From Callorhinchus milii (Eukaryota): a DNA stretch of 64,000 bases. Shown here in pieces: positions 1 to 12,079 of the stretch; position 1 is the stretch's first letter; the number at the start of each line of letters is the position of its first letter. A program made the position numbers and the translations under genes. The notes beneath the pieces were generated by a model. That model saw only the letters and a list, made by a program, of their open reading frames with translations, ran no database searches and was not told the origin of the DNA. The stretch is taken from assembly GCF_018977255.1 (NCBI RefSeq), contig NW_024704744.1:75268001-75332000 (forward strand). The letters run 5' to 3'.

Positions 1-154
1 CTATCGTTGATGAGCTACATTAAATAATGCTTTAATTAAGTCTCCAAAAAGGAATGCGTGGTATTCTACAACAAAGTAACGACAGAGGTCACACATCCTT
101 CTGGAGAAATACATCAATGCTAATAAAGACAAGGTGTCTGCCTGTGTGTCTGTC

Positions 155-975
155 CGCCAATAACTCAATACCCGATTGATGTAGAGGCATGATTTACATC
201 TCATCGGAAAGTTTTTGCATGGGGGAGTGTCATGAGCATATTGTTTTTCGGGCATCTCCTATCATGACTTAAACAAGCTCATCACACATGTATGCATTCC
301 ATCAAGGAGTCCTCCCAACATGAGCCCTCACACAGGAGTGAGTTCTTAGTATTGCATTCTGTCCATACATGCCACCTAGCTGAATTTGATAACAAATGTA
401 AAATATAGCTTAATAATAATAATCCTTCCATTTGATATAGTGCCCTGTCATTCGTTGAAACATCTCTAAACATTTCATTGATTTACTGTAAAGTGTTGTG
501 ACTGTGTATTTGTAGCTGAACCAGGTCAATATAATCCAGGAAGAACCATTTTTATTTCATACCAGCTGTACCTGTTGCAGCTACACTTGCAACCAAAGGA
601 TCCAATATGGAGTGTAGATTTGAAAGGCTTGATTTTCGCTTCGGCATCTTTATCTTGTTCCCCCACCGCTTGGCTTCGTCTGAGTGCATGCGTGCGTACA
701 TATATGCTCTGTGATGCATGATGCCACCGCACCACTGGGAGTCAACGCGGCCACCAGGTGTAACTATAGTGTGTGCTGCGTGCGTGCATACATTCGTGCT
801 CTGTGAAGCACTACGCCAAAGCGCCACTAGGAGTCAGCGCGGCAACCAGGAACTGCTACACATGGGTGATGAGCTTGTTTAGGTCATAACTCATCAACCA
901 TAGGAGATCCCCCACTCTCCCAAATGCAAGGTCTTTCATGAGACACAAGTTATGTCTACGTCAATCAGTTATAAT
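155..975. mobile_element. Unclassified element X with long imperfect terminal inverted repeats
   Basis: ~160-295 is the reverse complement of ~856-972; related pieces at ~56200-56285 and ~59400-59650. Confidence 0.55.
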
Positions 976-1369
976 AATAATAATCCTTGCATTTGATATA
1001 GCGCTTTTCACGTCTTCTAGACGTCCCAAAGCGCTTCACAGAATATACTGTGAAGTGAATTGACTGCATATTTGTGGGCGAACTTGGCAGCCAATTGCGC
1101 ACAGCAATGTCCCACAAACAGTCGTAGATTGAAAATGACCAATTTTATTATTGTTTTGTTTTTTGGAGGGATTAGACAGACATTGTCATTTTATTAGTAT
1201 AGAAGAAGAAGATAGAAGAAGAAGATGATTGGTTAGATTTGAAAAACATGAAAGTATATTTGTGAGTAAATTAGTGACAGTATTTTGAACAGGTCAACCT
1301 GTTTTGATGAATCACAGCAAGTTAGTGGATCATACTAATATCACACATCAAGAGGAAAAGCTAGGAAAA

Positions 1370-2304
1370 GTAGTAAACGGTGAAGGGGATAGTAGCAGAC
1401 TGCAAGACGGCATAGACAGACTGGTAAAATGGGGAGACGTGTGGCAGATGAAGTTTAATGTGGAGACATGCAAAGTGATGTTTTGGGAGGAAGAATGAGG
1501 ACGGACAATATAAGCTGATGGTAGAATCTTAAAGGGAGTGAAGGAACAGAGAGACCTGGGGGTTCATAGAAGTAAGTCTTTGATAGTGGCAGGACAGGTA
1601 GATAAAGCTGTTAAAAAAGCTTACTGGATACTAGGCTTTATAAATAGGGGCAGAGAATACAAAAGTCAGGAAGTTATGATGAATTTTATAAAACACTGGT
1701 TAGGCCTCAGCGAGAGACTGTGTTCAGTTCTGGGCACCACTTTTTAAGAAGGATGTCAAGGCATTGGAGAAGATGCCAAGGAGATTTACCAGGATGGTAC
1801 CAGGAATGAGGGACTTTAGTTATGAGGAGAGGCTAGAGAAGCTACGATTCTCCTTGGAGCGGTTATGGTTAAGAGGAGACTTATTAGAAGTTTTAAAAAT
1901 TAGGAGGGTTTTAATAGGGTGAACAAGGAGAAACAATTTCCACTGGCAGGTGGGTCGGTAACCGATTTAAAATAGTTGTTAAAAGAATCAGAGGGGGTGT
2001 GAGGAGAATATTTTTCACACAGTGAGTTATTTGGATCTGGAATGCATTGTCTGAAAGGGTGGTGGAAGCCGAATCGATAACAACTTTTAAGGAGAAACAG
2101 ATAATTATTTGGGGAGGACAAGTTTGCAGAACTATGGGGAGAGAGCAGGGGAGTGGAATTGATTTGGATAGCACTTTTCAAAGAGCCGGCACAGACACGA
2201 TGGGACGAATGGCCTCCTTCTGTGCTGTATAATTAATAATAATTATTATTATTATTATATACTGTATAATTAATAATAACAAGTATAATTCTATGATTCT
2301 ATGA
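1370..2304 (+). mobile_element. CR1 LINE 3' fragment
   Basis: Degenerate RT C-terminus (WQMKFNVETCKVM, RDLGV), 3' UTR and (attctatg) tail. Confidence 0.88.
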
Positions 2305-2924
2305 AGACAATTGTTCAAGCTATAAGAACTATTGAGTTATTATTTTGGGTGCTTGCTATCACTCTCACAGTGTCGCTCTATCAACAGCCACAGGCAATTC
2401 TGAAACTCTCAGTACTTCCTGACTTGCAACACAAGCATGATTGTTACTAAGTCTTCTTAAAGGGCAAACATCTTCATGAAAAAGCATTGGCAAAAAATAA
2501 TTACTGTATGTTCAGTGTGCAATGACAGGAATCAGCACTCTGAGACATTATTCTGCTAAGGGTGCTATATAAATGCAAGTTGTTGTGTCGTATGTGACAA
2601 TATCTCCAAGTACCTAAGATTGTTATTCCTGGCCCTGTCGGAAACCAATTCCAGTTAAGTATAAACAGGAGGGGTTTGTGAGTAAGATACTCTGTGGAAA
2701 TGATCTGTTACTAAACTCACAATGACACAATGCATCATATCCTGTTGCTCAATAAATGCCTGGAGTTAATTGAATTGGATTGATAATGACACCTGGTGGG
2801 TTGGAGAGAGAGACTGGGCTTTCCCTGGCCCTATCTCAGTTCCTTGTCATGGCCTCATTTCTTTTTCTGATCTTGATTCTGGTCCTATTCCCTGGCTATG
2901 GCTCTATCCCCAGCCATTACTCTC

Positions 2925-3350
2925 TAACTGGTTATTACTTTCTCGCTGGTCATTACTCTATACCTGTTCATTACTCTCTAGCTGGTCATTACTCTATCGC
3001 TGGTCATTACTCTATATCTGGACATTACTCTCTAGCTGGTTATTACTCTATACCTGGTCATTACTTTATCCCTGGTCATTACTCTATACTTGGTCATTAC
3101 TCTCTAGCTGGTCATTACTCTATACCTGGTCATTACTCTATCCTTGGCTCTAGCCCTACCCCTGCTCCTTGCCCTATCCCTGGCTCTGGCCCTATCTCTG
3201 CTGTTGGTCATCCCCCTACCCCTGATCCTTGCCCTACACCTGGCTGTGGTGCTGTTTATGGTCCTGACCCCTTGCTCTTATTCAGGTTATGGCCCTATCT
3301 CTGGTATTGCTCATCCTCCATCCCTGTTACTTGCCCTATCTCTATCCCTG
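2925..3350 (+). repeat. 18-bp tandem repeat (ggtcattactctatacct) grading into degenerate hexamer repeats
   Basis: About 13 clear units followed by diverged ccctat-type units. Confidence 0.85.
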
Positions 3351-6039
3351 GCATGCAGCTTCCATGATTAATCAAACTAAATTTTTAGTTTGGGATGAGG
3401 GAAGAACTCTGGGAGAAACTCCCTGCTCTTCCCGAAGAGCACTGTAGCCTTGGCAATCGTGGCAGCTAATAATATAGATAATAATCCTTGCATTTGATAC
3501 ACCACATCATGCCATCAAAATGGTTCAAAGAGCTTCACAGGATTTACTGTAAAGTGTAGTGTCTGTGTAATTGAAATACTTTGAGACATCCTTCCGATGT
3601 GAAACAAGCTTCAGGTAAATGTTATGCTTCTAGAAGGGAAACAAAAAAAAATTTGCTTCTGCGGCCCGCGGACATTTCTCAACTAGGGCATCCAGCCCTC
3701 AGCAGCCAAAATGTTGAACCTTCCTGGTCTAGACTATGATGTATCCCACAGGTGGGCTCAGTACAGTTAACATGAACATTGCAAGTGGGATAAGATTAGC
3801 TGGGCTAAGGATGGAAATTATTAGGAGAGTTCCCACTTCTGATCATTAACCTTTCCCCACTGACCTGGCTCAGAAAATGTGCTTGTAAGGATAGGATCAG
3901 CTATTTGTGTGTTGGAATACCCTGCCGACACTCAGTCTCAACTCACAAATGAACAGTGGTCACTTACACAGTTTTAGTAGAACCACACCTCAGCATGAGT
4001 CAGTACCTTCAGGAAAGAAGGGGAAAGAAAAGATAAATAATACTAATTTGATCACTCAGTCCACGACTGTTTGTGGGACACTACTGTGTGCAATTGGCTG
4101 CCACATTTCTCCCACAAAATATAGAGTCAATTCACTTTTCAGATATTCTGTGAAGCATTTCAAGATATCTCAAATGTAAGGATTATTATTAAGGAATGCG
4201 GAGGAGAGAAAAGCAGTCCCAGAGGTTCTTTCTTTCTCAGTCAAGCTCATCCTATACAATTCATTGGTCCTACTACCACAGTCTAGTCTCACTAAATACT
4301 AGGACATTAGTGATCTCCTCACTTTTGTCTGAATGCTTTTGTTCACGGAATTCAGCCTCGTTAGTAATGTGATAAAATGGACTACAGTCCATTGAAACAA
4401 TGACTTGTCAATGATCAAGTGTTGCTATATTTCACACAATCCAGCAGCGCTATCTGCTGGTTGACAGTGTTGCCTGCATTCTACATTCATTGGGAAATCC
4501 TGTCAAAGCTAAAAAAAATTGCACTCTGGGTCCATGAGGAGGGGGAATGGACAGAGTGTATCATACATTTTAATTCCCCTCCATCTTCATCTCTGTCCAG
4601 TTGCCTTCAAAATTCTCAGATCCTGAAAGGAGATGTTAGCAGCAACGACAACTAATTGCATTCCTATACAACAACAACAACAACAACAAGATTCCATTTA
4701 TAAAGCGCCTTTCACGTCAGGAGGACGTCCCAAGGCGCTGTGCACCCACATAGCTCCCGTATGTGAGATAAATCTTGGGAGCACTTCACAATAAAGAGAT
4801 CAGACGTTTAAAACCTCAGACGACCATGGGTGCAGTTGAAGTGGTAGTTTTTAAAATGATAATTAAAGAGAGATAGAAAGTGGATGAGACATAAAAGTAG
4901 GAGAGAATAATACAATTTACATTTATACCACACCTTTCATATCAACAACTTGCTGATCACTGATGACTTGCATGCGAATTTATCACCATGGTAAATATGT
5001 CACGGATACCGTGATTTTTCCGTTAGTCCATGACTTAGTTGTGCCCAGGATTTTAAAAAGTGCATTGAAAAACATTCTTGGGGAAGCCTATCCAGCGTTG
5101 CTGCCTGCCATTCTTCCTCTGGGCTACCTTGGCCTTTTTACCATGCGTATCATTTTCAAACTGCGCCCATTTTTTCAGCCATTGTACTCTGCGTTTCTGC
5201 ACATGCTTCAAACACGCCTGTATTGTCATTTGCCTGACTGGAGGTAGCTCGGCCTGGAGCTCTGTGTGCTCTGCCATGATTAAGAGAGGAGAAAATGACA
5301 GATGTCTTTCTCCATCCCTGCAGAAGGTACCTACTTTGAATTTGCATACCTGTAGCTTTACACAACAATTCCCCCTAAACCCGTGACTTTTACTAAATTT
5401 AATGTGACTGCTCTGTCAGGTTTGATAATAAAGGCCGTGACAAATCTGCATCCCTACTAATGACTGAAGTCACTAATGGCATTCTTTGCCTCTATGACCT
5501 CTGTCTCCTTATTTTTGGGGATATTTCTGCTGCTTTGACACAGTCAATCACGCCATCCTTCTCAACCGCCTCTCCTCCCTCATCCACATTGTGGGACCAC
5601 CAAGGTCCACCCGTCACACTCAGGCTGACAAAGAAACCATAGTCACGTCAAAGGCTTGAGCTCCAAACGTCATGATCCCCTCCGCAAATGCATGAAGCTC
5701 AATCACACCACCTCACCTTCGGACACACATGCTCAGCACCCGCTGTGTGTCTGTGAGCGCTTTTTCCATGGGTGCAGTTAGTGCACACTTCCAGGCAAGC
5801 ATCCACGCTGAGTGCACAATTGTGGCTTTGCACCACCTGTTGGTACACAGCAACAACTTCCCCTCTCAGAGTTCCCTTCTCACCCTAGCAACTCCCTAGC
5901 GCTCTGATTTGCTTGTGCATTAAATACAAGTTTGTCTGTGAAATACACAGATGCTACACTTTACAGCAAAAACATTCCATGCATTTTATCAATTTTGATC
6001 TTGCATAAGGAAGTCTATACTGAAGGAACTATATTAATA

Positions 6040-6348
6040 TAATAATCCTTGCATTTGATATAGCGCTTTTCACATCTTCTCGACATCTCAAAGCGCTTCA
6101 CAGAATAGACTGTAAAGTGAATTGACCATATATTTGTGGGCGAAACGCAGCAGCCAATGGCGCACAGCAGTGTCCCACAAACAGTCGTGGATTGAAATGA
6201 CCAATTTATTATTGTTTTGTTTTGGAGGGATTATTATTAGGCGAATGGAGTGAGGAAACTTGGCCAAGGTTTCGCCCTGCCTGGAATTGTACTCAGGTGT
6301 CTCGCTTGCAAGGCGAGTGCTCTAACCACTGAGCTGCAGGACTCCCTA
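6040..6348 (-). mobile_element. SINE family A (tRNA-Ala-like head, Deu-like body, L2-like (ATT)n tail)
   Basis: Near full-length copy; similar copies recur across the window. Confidence 0.85.
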
Positions 6349-6490
6349 GGAGACTTAAGTGGGAAGGAATGATTTGTGTTGGAATAAAGAAACTTGGGTT
6401 GCTCTTGGATTCCAGGAGGACCTTCAAATAGTTTTTAGGAAAACGAGCACAGCAAAGGGAATTCTATGTTTTACTTGAGGAGCTTTAGAT

Positions 6491-7315
6491 CACTTTAGAG
6501 CAGAGTGACTGCAACTCCCATCCCCGACCCCCACACACACAGCAACCCCCATCCCCAACCCCCATACACACAGCAACCCCCATCTCCGACCCACTCACAC
6601 ATACACACAGCACCCACCCCACCAACCCCACACACAGACACAGCACGCACTTCCCCATCCCCACACACAACACACAACCCCTCACACACACACAGCATCC
6701 ACCACCCATCCACACACACACACACACACCACACACACAGCATCCACACCCCCATTCCCCCCCCACACACAGAGCACCCACCCACTCATCCCCCCCCACA
6801 CACACACAGCTCCCACCCCCTCATCCCCCCCCACACACACACAGCACCCATTCCCACACACAACTCCCACCGCCACCCCCCCACTCCACAGCACCCACAC
6901 AGCACCCCCCCACCCCACACACACACAGTCGGGATGATCTGCTGGTTCGGCATAAGAAGGAATATTGACTCCAGGAGAAAGTCCCTTCTCCCAAACAGCA
7001 GCGCGGGCTGTTTGCAGTGTCCAGGCTGAGCTGGGAATGTCCAGCCAGGAGTCAGGCAGTCAGTGCTGCCGGGAACAGCTGGAGTCCCACAGCCAAACTC
7101 AACCCTCAGCCTCCAGTGACAGGGAGAGGGAGAGCACCCGCGGCCAGTGCGGCTTCAGCCCCAGTGACAGAGCCTGTGGGGAGGAGCTGCTGGGAAGTGG
7201 TTCCCTCGCTGTCGGTCTGGCCACATGGTCCGCTCACGGCCCAGGGAGGGAGCTTTACAAAGTGCAATTCAAAAACTCTGACAAAAACATTCAATTAATA
7301 TTAAAACAGCAGCCT
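6491..7315 (-). repeat. Inverted paralogous copy of the IgL J-C intron, including the C-rich mirror of the minisatellite
   Basis: Reverse complement aligns by eye with 13236-13514 plus 13677-14632. Confidence 0.88.
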
Positions 7316-7429
7316 GGGGTCGGGGGGGGGACTGCGGGATGGAGTTTCAGAGGGTGGGGGAAGAGTGGCAGAAGACCCACCCGCCAATGGTGGGGCAGCG
7401 ATGTGGGGGACTGAGCCAGGCAGGTCAAC

Positions 7430-7892
7430 AGTGTTCCAGGGCACTGCTGATGACAGCACAGTCATCGGCAGGACCTGGAAAGGGAGACCAGTGATTGGGG
7501 GCAGAGTTAACCCAATCCGCTCTTTTTAACTCTGCAAGCCAAAGCCCTAATGGGTAGGGTGGTCCCGGCTGGACAAGCAACGGAAAAGCTTCCCAGACAG
7601 TAATATCAATGGCAATGTATGTGGTTTTAGCTGAATAGATTCCAGCAATACCCCATTGCACACTCTTGGGTCCCCAAACCTTGGCTGTTGCCAACCTGCG
7701 CCTAATACTTGCCAGAATTAGGTAAGCAGGAGGCATCCCTCCAGGGAGAGAGTGCACAATCCATTCCAACAATCTATCTCTGGGATTTCCATCTGTAAGT
7801 GGGATGCTTGGAAAACAGCTTGAGTTTCGATACTCATAAGCGTGGTAATGGGTTTCCGCATGTGTCAGACACCCGGCTTATCAACAAAAAAA
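7430..7892 (+). mobile_element. Unclassified dispersed repeat Y (A-run at one end)
   Basis: Shared with at least 12 other segments in this window. Confidence 0.75.
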
Positions 7893-8029
7893 TCGAGTTC
7901 CCTGTTGAAAGCTAATATGGATTCTGCCTCAGCTATCTTAAATTAGTGCCCTATAGTCACTAGCTCACTGACTAATGGATATAATTTCTCTCAGTTGACG
8001 CCATCAAAACACCCCTAATTTTAAAGACC

Positions 8030-8575
8030 TCTATCAAGTCAACTCTCAACGTTTTTTGTTCCAAAGAAAATGTCCCAGTCTCCCCTCATAGGCCAAACCA
8101 CTCATCCATGGTATCATCCTTGTAATTCTGCTCTGCATTCCCTCTATTGCCTTGACCTGTTTCTTAAAGTGGGGTAACCAATACTGGACAAGATATTCTA
8201 ACTGCGGTCTAACTAATAATTTATATAAGTTTAGCATTATATTCCTTATATTCATACATTTATATTTTATATACTTATTATATTTTATATTATTTTATAT
8301 TTGACCTTATATTCTATACCTCTATTTATAAAACCTAGTAGTCCATTAGTTTTTTGACATCTTTTTCCACCTGCCTTCCCAACTTTAAGGATTTGTGTAC
8401 ATTAACCCCCAAGCCCCTCTCCTCTTCCACTCCTTTCAGTATTTTACAACACAACATATACTTGTCATCTTTATGCTTCTTCCCTAAAGGTATAACCTCA
8501 CATTTGCCTGTATTAAATTTGATTTGCCATTTCTCTGTCCAATCAACTAATCTGTCTATGTCTTCATGAAGTTGC
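8030..8575 (-). mobile_element. CR1 LINE fragment
   Basis: WQIKFNTGKCEVI and LVRPQLEYLVQYW motifs. Confidence 0.85.
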
Positions 8576-8584
8576 TTTACAATC

Positions 8585-9240
8585 TTCTTTTTTTCGGTCA
8601 GCTGGGTGTCTGACACATGAAAAACCCTGGGTGTCTGACATATGAGGCAACTCATGCTTAAGAGTATCCAACCCAAACTGAGAATTCCATGCATCTGAGC
8701 TACACATGGAAATTCCAGAAATATATTGTTGGAATGGAATGCACACTCTCTCCCTCGAGGAACGCATCCTGCTTATCTAATTCCAAAAGCATTAGGCGCA
8801 GGTTGGCAAGAGCCAAGGCTTGAGGGACCCCAGAGTGTGCTTTTGGGTACTGCAGGAGTCTAACCAGCTAAACCCGCATAGCTCGTCATTGATATCGCTG
8901 TCTGGCAAGCTTTCCCACTCCTTGCCCAGCTAGGACTGCCCTACCCGTTGGGGCTTTGGCTTGTAACAGGATCTGAGTGGGATGATTTCCGGGTCCAGTG
9001 ACTGGTCGGCCCTTCCAAGACTTGCCGATGAGCCGGGTTGGTTGTGATGTCACCAGTTGTGCCCTGGAACACTGCTGACCCACCCGGCTCAGGAACCGGA
9101 CTAGAGACCACCACAGAGGGCTGACTCAATTCTGACATTCAGTTGCCAAGCATGTCACCTTGGAACCAGTTCAGCTCCAAGGTGACCACTTATCTCCCCC
9201 CTCCCCCAAGAAAGATAGTCACTAGATGGTCGTTTGACAT
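8585..9240 (-). mobile_element. Unclassified dispersed repeat Y, longest copy
   Basis: Reverse match to 7430-7892 and 10860-11335. Confidence 0.78.
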
Positions 9241-10859
9241 CAGACATCCTGAGAGCTTCACGATGGGCAACACATCTCAGCATAAATAAATATAATAATA
9301 AAAATGATCCTTGTATCCTGTGAAATGTTTGGAGAGATCCTCCGAACGTGAAAGGTGCTATACCAAATGTAAGGATTATTTTATTATTTAGTCCTTTAAG
9401 GACATGAAGCAAATTGGATTTAACTGATTGGATTAAATGTTCAGAAAAGAACACCTCTCTCAGAGCAAATAACAAGAAGCTGTGACTGAGGGAGAAGTTG
9501 CACACAAGCAGCTGTTAGATATTTTTACAACTTTCGCACCGATACAGAAATAGATGCTTTTGGTTTAACTAACCTCCGGGCCAGCCCCTCACCTCAGAAT
9601 AGGTCCCTGTTTGCAGATGTTTCCGGGGTTCGTTTGGGGTGGTCCTTTCTGGGTTGCTGATCAGATTTCACAAGATTATTAAGCAAGTAAGGTTTACATT
9701 ATAATCACACTTCAGAGATGCTCTCAAATATACCATAAATCCAAATGTGTTCTGCATAGCAGTAAATATGAGACACACAGACAATGCAACCTTCTCAAGT
9801 CCTTCAAATCCCTCCACATCTTTGGCACCCCCAACCATAGTATTCTTCTCCAACATATGTCTGATCATCAAACTCAGGCCTGATGCACGTCAAGTACCCT
9901 CTCAAACCCACTGGCAGCTGCTCAGCTATCAGCCATAGAGCTCCTGCTCCTCTGAACACCCTCACAGACTCTTTCTCCCTGTTTCAAAACCCTCCTAAAA
10001 ACCTACCCCAGAGACCGTTTCCATTACTTCCTTCCTGCTTCTTTCCTATTCGCACCTTGTTATGTGATCCGTACCTTCCCTATAAAGTGCTTTGATTTGT
10101 TATCATCATGAAAAGCACTATATAACTATTGTATTAAACAAGTGCCTTATCTCTAGTGCTGGAGCTGGGTTATAATCTCTCCAAAAGTCTAACTGCTACT
10201 CTTTATTAAACACTTGTCGGATGTGATGAAGTGTCCTATTTAGAGTCCTGAATGGTTTTTACTTTCTGACCCGCCAGGTGCTCATCACCGTCCAATACCA
10301 TTTTCTGCATTTTCTAAATGTTATTTCTGAATGTTATTTCACCACAGAGTCAATCACTTCAGCGTGCCTCGATTACATTAAGAAATCCACAACCAATCCA
10401 GTGCTTAAATCCAGTACTTTGTGGAGTTTTTGTTGATTCTCGGGCAGGGCGAAACGTTAGGCAAGTTTGTTTACTCGACACACCTCTGTTTACCTAGCAG
10501 TAAGTAGGAACCCAGTTATTCATCGATTGGCGGATCGTTTTTCCAGGGGGTAATAATCCCATCAATTTTTTTAAAAAAAATAATCATTTGGTCATTCAAT
10601 CCATGACTCTTTGTAGGACACAACTGTGCACAATTGGCTGCCGCGTTTCACCCACAAAATATACAGTCAATTCACTTTATGGTATATTCTATGAAGCACT
10701 TTGAGATATCTCGAAGGTGTGATAAAGCATTATATCAAATGCAAGGATTATTATTATTAAATCTGACTGACCATATGTCTTGTTCTCCCTTACTACTACA
10801 GCAGGTTTGGGCTCAAATCTCAGCTTGTTGCATTTCAAATAATCAACTTGAAGGGGTCG

Positions 10860-11335
10860 AGGAGGTAAGCAGGATCTCCTTAGAGCTGAATTGGCTCCAT
10901 GGTGACATGCTTGGCAACTGAATGTCGGAATTGAGTGAACTCACTGCAGTGGTCTCGGTTGTCCAGTTCCCGAGCCCTGCAGATCTACATTACCTCAGGA
11001 CATCGCTGATAACAGGAGACTCCTTGACAGAACTTGGAGGAGCAGACTACCCACTGTGCGAAGGGATTCTTCCCACTCGGCTCCTGTTAGCCCTACAAGC
11101 CAAAGGCATAATCAGTAGCAGGGTGAGCCTAACTGGACAAGGAGCAGGAAGCTTGCCAGGCAGTGTTTTTAATTGAAAGCTATATTATTTTAGCTGGTTG
11201 AATTCCAGCCCAGTTACAACATACACACTAGGGTCCAGCTGATGCCTAATACTTTCCAGAATCAGGTAAACAGGTCCATCCTTCCTGGGAGAGAGTGCAC
11301 ATTTTATTCCAGACACAGGAAAATCCCATGTGTAG
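10860..11335 (+). mobile_element. Unclassified dispersed repeat Y
   Basis: Matches 8585-9240 in reverse. Confidence 0.7.
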
Positions 11336-11933
11336 TTTGGCTATTCTTGATAATAATATAACAATCCTTGCATTTGATATAGTGCCTTATCGTGTTGTCC
11401 ACACTTCTCAAAGCTTGTTAGCGAAATACACAGTCAGGTCACTTTGCAGGATATCCTCGATACACAGTATAAGGCACGCTACGCTGGACACATGGTTGAC
11501 CAGAAAAAAATGGTTTTAGAGCCCAGTAACCAAATAATGACTGTTGTGAAGCAGTATTTATTGTGGGTTCGGTGACACAGGCCCACACTGCACTACCTAC
11601 TGTTTTACCTAGTGTCTAACTTGCGATAGTAACAAGAAGTGGCTGGTAAAAAGGTAGAGTGATGTAATAAGGTGCTTTATCAAATGCAAGGATTATTATT
11701 ATGATGATCAGGAGTTGAGATCTAATAATAATAATTCTTGCATTTGATTAACGCTTGATCACATCATCGAGACGTCTCAAAGCGCTTCACAGAATATACT
11801 GTAAGGTGAATTGACTGCATATTTTGTGGGCGAATTATCACCTTTAATATTTCTTGTGAAACAGTGGCCAATGTAATTAATGTGTGAGTGAGTGGGAGCC
11901 GGGCTGAGCTGGAATTGGCTGGTTATGGGCAGA

Positions 11934-11941
11934 CTTTGCAT
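11934..11941 (+). promoter_or_regulatory. Ig promoter octamer variant CTTTGCAT
   Basis: One mismatch to ATTTGCAT, ~90 bp upstream of the leader ATG, the usual Ig V promoter position. Confidence 0.7.
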
Positions 11942-11985
11942 GGGGAGTCCCCCCCACTCCCCTCCCCTCCCCTCGGGTCACTCAC

Positions 11986-11990
11986 TATAA
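11986..11990 (+). promoter_or_regulatory. TATA-like box of IgL promoter
   Basis: TATAA between the octamer and the ATG at 12031. Confidence 0.6.
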
Positions 11991-12030
11991 GTGACTGTGG
12001 CCACTCAGCACCTCACATTGTGCCGCAGAC

Positions 12031-12079
12031 ATGGGGCACTCAGTGTTTGCCCTGATCTCGCTCAGTGCCTGTCTCGCCT
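12031..12079 (+). CDS. IGL: IgL leader exon MGHSVFALISLSACLA
   Basis: Hydrophobic signal peptide, phase-1 donor GTGAGT at 12080. Confidence 0.88.

Noticed and set aside
1-255. ORF with CKSCLYI resembling a Penelope GIY-YIG zinc motif
   Set aside because: No GIY/YIG motif follows, and the sequence is the inverted end of element X.
5053-5277. ORF faintly like an RTE-LINE C-terminus (KRRVQWL...GRQQRW)
   Set aside because: Similarity too weak to support without a profile search.
5830-5844. CTCF-like motif upstream of the Ig cluster
   Set aside because: Two mismatches in a short motif; expected by chance without ChIP or conservation data.
1-11900. SERAC1 3' exons expected from human synteny
   Set aside because: No recognisable SERAC1 peptide found by eye in this interval; it may lie outside the window.
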